From positions 1 to 51,355 of the IMG/VR virus record IMGVR_UViG_3300037755_000354: DNA of 51,355 nucleotides, one strand, 5' to 3'. Source of the DNA: a virus. Lineage: Duplodnaviria; Caudoviricetes. How positions within the stretch are numbered: position 1 is the stretch's first letter; every line of letters starts with the position of its first letter. The notes under the pieces are model-generated. The model ran no database searches, had not been told where the DNA came from, and saw nothing but the letters and a program-made list of their open reading frames with translations. Shown piece after piece: positions 46,473 to 51,355 of the stretch. The position numbers and the translations under genes are program-made.

Positions 46473-47504
46473 TCAGGCTTTAGCCTTTTCATTCAGTCCA
46501 TATGCAACCGGCTTCGTCCAATCGCCTTTTGGCGGTTTACGCAGGCCGGTGGCGATGCAAGCGGCATAGACGCTCATCTCGCCGCGTTGCACTTTCTCTG
46601 CAAAGTGCGGGGATTCCTTTGCCAGCCTTTCCAGGTAGTACGCTTTCGTTGCACGTTTTGGTGCTGCCGTTGCGACCTGTTGCACAGGCGTTGCAATCGG
46701 TAGCGGCCGCTTAGCGGGCCGGTTGCGGCGCATCGCATTGATTGCATTACGTATTGTTGCGCCGGCATCGCCTGAAAACGTCGCCAGAAATTCAAGGATA
46801 ACGAGCTGTGCGATGCTGACGAACGTCGAAAAGACGCTTGCAATCATGATCTTGTCGCCGCCCGTTAGAGTGGCGAGGTGATCGCTTGGGCCATTGGCCT
46901 TTTCCGGCGTCGCCGTGATGGAGGCTGTCGCCGTGTCAAGCTGCGCAAGCAGTTCGTCGCGGCGCCCTGCCGTGGCCAGATCGGCGTGCAGCCGATTGTA
47001 GGCCTGGCAGTATTCATAGCTTTCCGGCACGGTTGCGTCCGTGCACTGAATTGTCGAGGTCCACCGCTTATGCTGCTTGTGGGCCGCGATTTCGGCCTTG
47101 ATGGCGGCAGGGCTGCGCTTTTCGCTGATGCCTGCCAGTTCACCGCGGATGCGTGTTGCGTCCGCTTCAGCGTTTGAGAGCACGCGGCTGGTTGCCTGGC
47201 TGTCCTTCATGACTTGCGCCTGGTCCTGCAGAAGCGAGGCAAGCGCGGCCGTGACCGAGATGCCTATGGCAAAGAGCCATGCGATACGCTTGCGCGTCGT
47301 CCAGCCGATATAGGCGGCCATGATAGGCAGAAGGATTTTCGCAGCGTCACTAGCTGCAAAAATCTGTGCGGTCGTTTCGGAATATTGAAGGCCGAAACGG
47401 ATATTCATCATCAGCGAAATCCATCCACAATAAAGTGCGATGGCGCCGAACAGGAGGCCGGTAAGCCATTGTCCGGCAATAGACATTTTGCTATCTGGTT
47501 TCAT
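46473..47504 (-). CDS. Multi-pass membrane protein with coiled-coil region and C-terminal HTH-like domain
   Basis: Three N-terminal TMs, a fourth TM, then YYLERLAKESPHFAEKVQRGEMSVYAACIATGL. Confidence 0.7.
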   Translation of the reverse strand: MKPDSKMSIAGQWLTGLLFGAIALYCGWISLMMNIRFGLQYSETTAQIFAASDAAKILLPIMAAYIGWTTRKRIAWLFAIGISVTAALASLLQDQAQVMKDSQATSRVLSNAEADATRIRGELAGISEKRSPAAIKAEIAAHKQHKRWTSTIQCTDATVPESYEYCQAYNRLHADLATAGRRDELLAQLDTATASITATPEKANGPSDHLATLTGGDKIMIASVFSTFVSIAQLVILEFLATFSGDAGATIRNAINAMRRNRPAKRPLPIATPVQQVATAAPKRATKAYYLERLAKESPHFAEKVQRGEMSVYAACIATGLRKPPKGDWTKPVAYGLNEKAKA

Positions 47505-47537
47505 GCGATTCTCTTTCTGTTGATGGGGTTTCGTGAG

Positions 47538-47574
47538 AAGCGGCCGGCGTGCTTTCCCGCGTTGCCGGCCGCTT
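47538..47574. terminator. Intergenic stem-loop
   Basis: AAGCGGCCGGC/GCCGGCCGCTT inverted repeat. Confidence 0.5.
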
Positions 47575-47580
47575 TTGTTT

Positions 47581-47913
47581 TCAGGATCGTTGCCGCTGCG
47601 CCAGCCTGCGCTTGGCGCTTCGGTTCATGGTCTGGATATCGTGCCGCTCGAGAACGACACGCGGCTCACGGGCTTTTGCCCATGTCGCCGGATGCACGCG
47701 GCTTTGCCGGTTGTCGCCGCCGCGTTGTGAGATCCTGGCCTGCAGGTCGTCACGGTATTGCTCTACGATTTCCGCGCCTGTGGCGGGGAACAGGTTTCCG
47801 CGCAAGCTTGTCTTGAACATTGTGTCAGGGCATGCTTTGGCGTAACGCAGACCGTCAAGGTAGGTGCGAGCTGATACGCTTCGCCCGTCTATATTTATGC
47901 TCGCCATTTTCAT
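47581..47913 (-). CDS. Hypothetical protein
   Basis: RBS aagagga; MKMASINIDG. Confidence 0.6.
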   Translation of the reverse strand: MKMASINIDGRSVSARTYLDGLRYAKACPDTMFKTSLRGNLFPATGAEIVEQYRDDLQARISQRGGDNRQSRVHPATWAKAREPRVVLERHDIQTMNRSAKRRLAQRQRS

Positions 47914-47926
47914 TCCTCTTGGTTCT

Positions 47927-48195
47927 CGCCGAGCCTTCAAGGGCAACCGTTGCCGGTTGCGCCAAGGGGCTAGATCTGCAGCGCGCGCAACGCTTCGGCG
48001 TCCTGCCGGCGTTGTGCCAGCCGAACGCGCTCTTGCGCCGCTCTGATTGCCGCGTCATCGCCGGACCGTTCGGCCGCGAAGATGGTCAGCGTCAGTTCGA
48101 AACGGGCTGTGTCGAGCTCGCTTTGCGCTTTCTGCAGGGATGGATTGTGGAACATGTTTCCTCCAAGGTTTCGAGTTGCCCTTGAAGGCTCGGCG
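47927..48195. repeat. Perfect 21-bp inverted repeat enclosing the 61-aa ORF
   Basis: CGCCGAGCCTTCAAGGGCAAC at 47927-47947; exact reverse complement at 48175-48195. Confidence 0.85.
47970..48155 (-). CDS. 61-aa helical hypothetical protein
   Basis: Strong RBS ggagg; follows hammerhead 2. Confidence 0.7.
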   Translation of the reverse strand: MFHNPSLQKAQSELDTARFELTLTIFAAERSGDDAAIRAAQERVRLAQRRQDAEALRALQI

Positions 48196-48210
48196 GGATT
48201 GTGTGATTGT

Positions 48211-48288
48211 GTAGCTGCTCATCAGGCTTCGGCCACTACGCCGAAACGACCGTCGCCGGGGTGCTGACACACCCCGGCTAGGTTTCGC
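48211..48288 (-). ncRNA. Type II hammerhead ribozyme (copy 2)
   Basis: GC-GAAA, stem III (GCCGGGGUG/CACCCCGGC), GUC, stem I GUUUCGGC/GCCGAAGC, CUGAUGA-GC; loop GUAG pairs with downstream CUAC. Confidence 0.88.
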
Positions 48289-48291
48289 GAT

Positions 48292-48447
48292 TTATGAATT
48301 GCGAATAACTTCACGTAACACTCTGTCATGCAGATTTGATTTCTTGCGGGGCTCACCGCGGTTGATCTTGGTGGCCGACTGTTTCGGTTCCAGATCAGTT
48401 CCTTCAAGTGCTGCACGACGGAGGATCGAAGCTGTTCTCAGTTTCAT
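48292..48447 (-). CDS. 51-aa basic protein between the two hammerheads (not in the ORF track)
   Basis: RBS aaagga; MKLRTASILRRAALEGTDLEPKQSATKINRGEPRKKSNLHDRVLREVIRNS. Confidence 0.65.
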   Translation of the reverse strand: MKLRTASILRRAALEGTDLEPKQSATKINRGEPRKKSNLHDRVLREVIRNS

Positions 48448-48461
48448 GATAGTTTCCTTTT

Positions 48462-48525
48462 GGGCTGCTCATCAGGCTGGCGCAGCCACGCGCCAACGAC
48501 ACCGGATTCCTCTCCGGTGTTTCGC
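48462..48525 (-). ncRNA. Type II hammerhead ribozyme (copy 1)
   Basis: GC-GAAA, stem III CACCGGA/UCCGGUG, GUC, stem I GUUGGCGC/GCGCCAGC, CUGAUGA-GC; loop GGCU pairs with downstream AGCC. Confidence 0.9.
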
Positions 48526-48678
48526 TCGGGCCGCCGGATGTCCGTTTCATTTTGCCTCCATCCGTTGTCCCCCTGTTCCGCTTCGTCGGTTCTGGGTTCT
48601 GCTTTTCGCATCTTGCGCTCACCTGCGCTCGTCTACTTCGGGATTGCTCAGGGCCGGCTGGCCGTCTTAATGTCTTTG

Positions 48679-48707
48679 AGTATATGCTAGACTGTCTAGA
48701 CTGTCAA
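48679..48707 (-). promoter_or_regulatory. Near-consensus sigma70 promoter for the ribozyme-containing operon
   Basis: TTGACA-17 bp-TATACT on the minus strand; spacer contains the GTCTAGAC palindrome. Confidence 0.8.
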
Positions 48708-48846
48708 GCGTGTCAATACAACCATTAGTTTGTAAATCGATCACTTTTTCGTGAATAATGAGGGAAGTTTCTAGCTTAGGTGGGTGAAATACAACCGTGT
48801 CGCAACAATACCTTTTTTCGGTCTTATTAGGCCTGATATATAACCA

Positions 48847-49059
48847 TCATTTTGCCTTATTTGTGCACTGCACTTCGGGGTCTGTGCACCGCAGCAAATC
48901 GGCGTCTTGTGCACTGCGATATTCAGCCCGAATCGCACGCATACAGAGCGTCACAATGGCCTCTGAAGCGCTCGGAATCGGTCGCTGTTTCGCTCGCCAA
49001 TTTTCAATCTCTTCCATGAATTCCGGCTTCACGCGCATATTGAATTGTGAACGTTTCAT
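48847..49059 (-). CDS. Ribbon-helix-helix regulator
   Basis: QFNMRV..EFMEEIENWRAKQRPIPSASEAI. Confidence 0.75.
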   Translation of the reverse strand: MKRSQFNMRVKPEFMEEIENWRAKQRPIPSASEAIVTLCMRAIRAEYRSAQDADLLRCTDPEVQCTNKAK

Positions 49060-49156
49060 TTGCTTCCTCCGGTTGCGGCCAGCGATGTTGCGTGAAACTC
49101 TAGAGTAGAATGCGCAGCGTGTCTAGACGGCCTGAACGGTACACGGCTCTGTGCAT

Positions 49157-49174
49157 TTGCACGATAGTGTGCAA
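49157..49174. promoter_or_regulatory. Operator-like palindrome upstream of the endolysin
   Basis: TTGCACG-ATAG-TGTGCAA, same family as the cI/cro operators. Confidence 0.6.
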
Positions 49175-49225
49175 TCTGCTATCCAATGCGTAAGCGAATA
49201 TGCTTCTTACGCTGGGGATAGCAAT

Positions 49226-49918
49226 GTGACGACCTGGACCAAAAAAGTTCAATTACGCCTCGCCGAGCTCGGGTTCGATCCGGGTCCGGCCGATGGCATT
49301 CTCGGTCCGCGCACTCGCGAGGCGATTAACGAAGCCCAGGACTGGCACAAGCTCACGGCTGGTTCCGATATCGTCGACGATATTCTGTGGCCTGACGGTG
49401 TTATCGAAGACAGGCAGGCCGTGCCGGTACAGCCATTGCAGGCGAAGCCAGGACCATGGCCGCACGAGTCCGGCGTGCCGGCATTCTACGGCGCGATGGG
49501 CAAGCATCTCAAGATGCTCGACCTACCTTATCCGATGCGGCTGTCCTGGGATCTCGGCACGCAGATCAAGCGCTTTTCCATCCATGAGAAATGCCACGCA
49601 AGCGCGGCGCGATGCTTCAAGCGCATTGCCGAAACATTTGATGCGAAACAGCGCGCGGATCTCGGCATCGATCTTTTCGGCGGGTGCCTCAGCGCGCCAC
49701 GCAAGAAACGCGGCGGCTCAACTTGGTCGATGCATTCATGGGGCGTGGCGATCGACTTCGACCCGGAACGCAACCAATTGAAGTGGGGGCGAGACAGGGC
49801 GCGTCTTGGCGAACCAGATGCCGTGCCGTTTTGGGAGATTTGGGAAGCCGAAGGATGGCTTTCATTGGGACGTGCACGTGGATTCGATTTTATGCACGTC
49901 CAGTGCGCGCGTCTCTAA
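49226..49918 (+). CDS. Endolysin: peptidoglycan-binding domain plus M15 peptidase
   Basis: LGFDPGPADGILGPRT; SMHSWGVAIDFD; DFMHVQ. Confidence 0.9.
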   Translation: MTTWTKKVQLRLAELGFDPGPADGILGPRTREAINEAQDWHKLTAGSDIVDDILWPDGVIEDRQAVPVQPLQAKPGPWPHESGVPAFYGAMGKHLKMLDLPYPMRLSWDLGTQIKRFSIHEKCHASAARCFKRIAETFDAKQRADLGIDLFGGCLSAPRKKRGGSTWSMHSWGVAIDFDPERNQLKWGRDRARLGEPDAVPFWEIWEAEGWLSLGRARGFDFMHVQCARL

Positions 49919-49931
49919 TGGGAAGCTGGTA

Positions 49932-50432
49932 ATGGCCGCCTACGAAGCCGCCGGCGAAAGCGATGAGTGGTACACGCCGAAGTATATTTTCGACGCGATT
50001 GGGCTGCGCTTTGATCTTGACGTTGCGTCGCCGGTTGAGGGCCCTCGCCATGTTCCGGCCAATAGATGGCTGACGCCAATCGAGGATGGCCTTAGCGCGC
50101 CTTGGCAAGGTTTGGTGTGGATGAATCCGCCCTTCGGTCACATGCGTCACAAGCGCGAGTGGCTGCGCAAATTCTTCGATCATGGCAACGGTATCGCGCT
50201 CGTGCCTGATCGCACAAGTGCGCCGTGGTTTCAGGAATTCGCGCCGCTCGCTGATGCGATTTGCTGGGTAGCGCCGAAGATCAAGTTCGAGCGACCGGAC
50301 GGCACACGCGGCGAGAGTCCGGGCACCGGGACGGCGTTGCTCGCAGCCGGTGCGATCGCCGTAGCAGCTCTTGACAGATGTGGGCTTGGAATGATGACGA
50401 ACCGCAGGATCGCGGCATTCGAAGAGGAGTGA
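49932..50432 (+). CDS. Phage Dam-type N6-adenine DNA methyltransferase
   Basis: DEWYTP, FDLDVAS, DGL..PW.G.VWMNPPF. Confidence 0.85.
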   Translation: MAAYEAAGESDEWYTPKYIFDAIGLRFDLDVASPVEGPRHVPANRWLTPIEDGLSAPWQGLVWMNPPFGHMRHKREWLRKFFDHGNGIALVPDRTSAPWFQEFAPLADAICWVAPKIKFERPDGTRGESPGTGTALLAAGAIAVAALDRCGLGMMTNRRIAAFEEE

Positions 50433-50435
50433 CTC

Positions 50436-50666
50436 ATGGACGAAACGAAACCATGGTATGCGTCGAAAACGATTTGGGCCAGCATCCTGCAGGTGCTCGT
50501 TGGCGTTGCGGTCAGCACCGGATTCCTGGGTGAGGGAACAGCTGGTACGATCATCGCAGAGGGGCCGGAACTCATTGCCGGCGCCGTCGTCGGCTTGCTC
50601 GGCCTGGTCAGCCTCTACGGCCGCGCCTTTGCCAAGAAGACGATCGCGCCGTCGCCTGGTGCCTGA
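50436..50666 (+). CDS. Holin-like two-TM protein
   Basis: KPWYASKTIW; two TMs; YGR motif; lysis context. Confidence 0.7.
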   Translation: MDETKPWYASKTIWASILQVLVGVAVSTGFLGEGTAGTIIAEGPELIAGAVVGLLGLVSLYGRAFAKKTIAPSPGA

Positions 50667-50672
50667 TCGGCC

Positions 50673-50879
50673 ATGCAGTGGCTGAAGATCATTTTGCTCG
50701 CCCTGAAGGTCGTCAATGCCTTCGTGACATTTCTCGGCGAGCGAAAATTAATTCAGGCCGGCGAGGATAAGGCTATACGGGAGGCCTTGGAACAATCCAA
50801 TGAGCGTATCGAGAGAGCCATGGAAGCGCGTCGCCGTGCGGCTGATCCCGGCTCTGACGATCCTTTTCTGCGCGGGTGA
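50673..50879 (+). CDS. Rz-like inner-membrane spanin
   Basis: N-terminal TM, coiled coil, DDPFLR end. Confidence 0.6.
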   Translation: MQWLKIILLALKVVNAFVTFLGERKLIQAGEDKAIREALEQSNERIERAMEARRRAADPGSDDPFLRG

Positions 50880-51126
50880 CGCGAACGCCGGGCAGACGTG
50901 TCTGTTCGGGTGGGAGATCGCCGGCGTCGCCAAGGGCGTGCTGTGCGACCAGGACGGCGGCTCTGTCGTCGTCGATACTTTCTGCGATGTCTACCAGCCG
51001 GTTTGCAAGTATGGCGAAATCACAGATAGCCGGATGCGCGAGCGCGTGAAGGCGAATAATCTCACCTTCATCGAGCTCTGTCCGCACAAGATGCAGGGGC
51101 GGTCTGTTGGGGAATTGTGTGAGTGA
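50800..51126 (+). CDS. Rz1-like outer spanin / secreted Cys-rich protein
   Basis: Overlaps the Rz-like gene; hydrophobic leader then Cys; DTFCDVYQP...N..F.ELC. Confidence 0.5.
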   Translation: MSVSREPWKRVAVRLIPALTILFCAGDANAGQTCLFGWEIAGVAKGVLCDQDGGSVVVDTFCDVYQPVCKYGEITDSRMRERVKANNLTFIELCPHKMQGRSVGELCE

Positions 51127-51142
51127 GCGCTTTTTGTGGAAA

Positions 51143-51176
51143 TGGCCGGAACGCCAACAGCAAAACGTTCCGGCCA
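51143..51176. other. Hairpin sharing the GGAACG/CGTTCC stem core with the tandem repeat
   Basis: TGGCCGGAACG-12 nt-CGTTCCGGCCA. Confidence 0.6.
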
Positions 51177-51216
51177 CGTCTAGACAGATCGCATTCAAAG
51201 AGTATCGACGCGTTTC

Positions 51217-51355
51217 GGAACGCAGGCACTAACCACGTTCCGACCATCATTCAACAGACTTGGCCAGCCTTTGTGCTGGCTCTTTTTTATGGAACGCAGG
51301 CTCTAACCACGTTCCGACCATCATTCAACAGACTTGGCCAGCCTTTGTGCTGGCT
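51217..51355 (+). repeat. 74-bp tandem repeat (right part), including terminal overlap 51267-51355
   Basis: Units start at 51217 and 51291; the first unit has GCACT instead of GCTCT in the loop. Confidence 0.9.

Noticed and set aside
46460-46495. CUGAAGAG with upstream GAAA as a third hammerhead
   Set aside because: No stem III or UH cleavage triplet; the TGA is the stop codon of the 343-aa gene
48404-48622. 72-aa ORF crossing hammerhead 1
   Set aside because: It spans a ribozyme and overlaps a better-supported ORF with an RBS in another frame
51217-51355. 74-bp repeats as a CRISPR array
   Set aside because: The intervening sequences are mostly identical, each unit contains a terminator, and there is no cas operon

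Overview
The window looks like a complete, excised (circular) temperate siphovirus genome; bases 1-89 repeat exactly at 51267-51355. The host is probably a Hyphomicrobiales alphaproteobacterium, inferred from GcrA-like genes and an Omp25/RopB-type moron. Gene order: accessory operon (GT2, XRE, Cys-cluster, LuxR-HTH), attP, tyrosine integrase and excisionase, leftward early genes, cI/cro switch, class II RNR, DNA MTase, Sak4/SSB/nuclease/helicase/primase, iteron origin, HNH/terminase, protease-capsid fusion, portal, head-tail and tail genes, morons, lysis cassette. Four observations stand out. (1) A sugar-modification cassette (Maf-like, GT-A and KpsS/KpsC-like glycosyltransferases, two SAM methyltransferases, P-loop kinase, ParB-like protein) is inserted among the head-tail genes, and Ser-Pro motifs recur in apparent loops or C-terminal tails of outward-facing virion proteins, suggesting a virion O-glycosylation system. 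(2) Two type II hammerhead ribozymes lie 250 nt apart and flank an unannotated 51-aa ORF downstream of a near-consensus promoter. (3) A 74-bp tandem array of hairpin-linker-terminator units spans the contig junction. (4) A ~280-nt intergenic element folds into six back-to-back hairpins. Product calls come from motifs read by eye; no database search was run.
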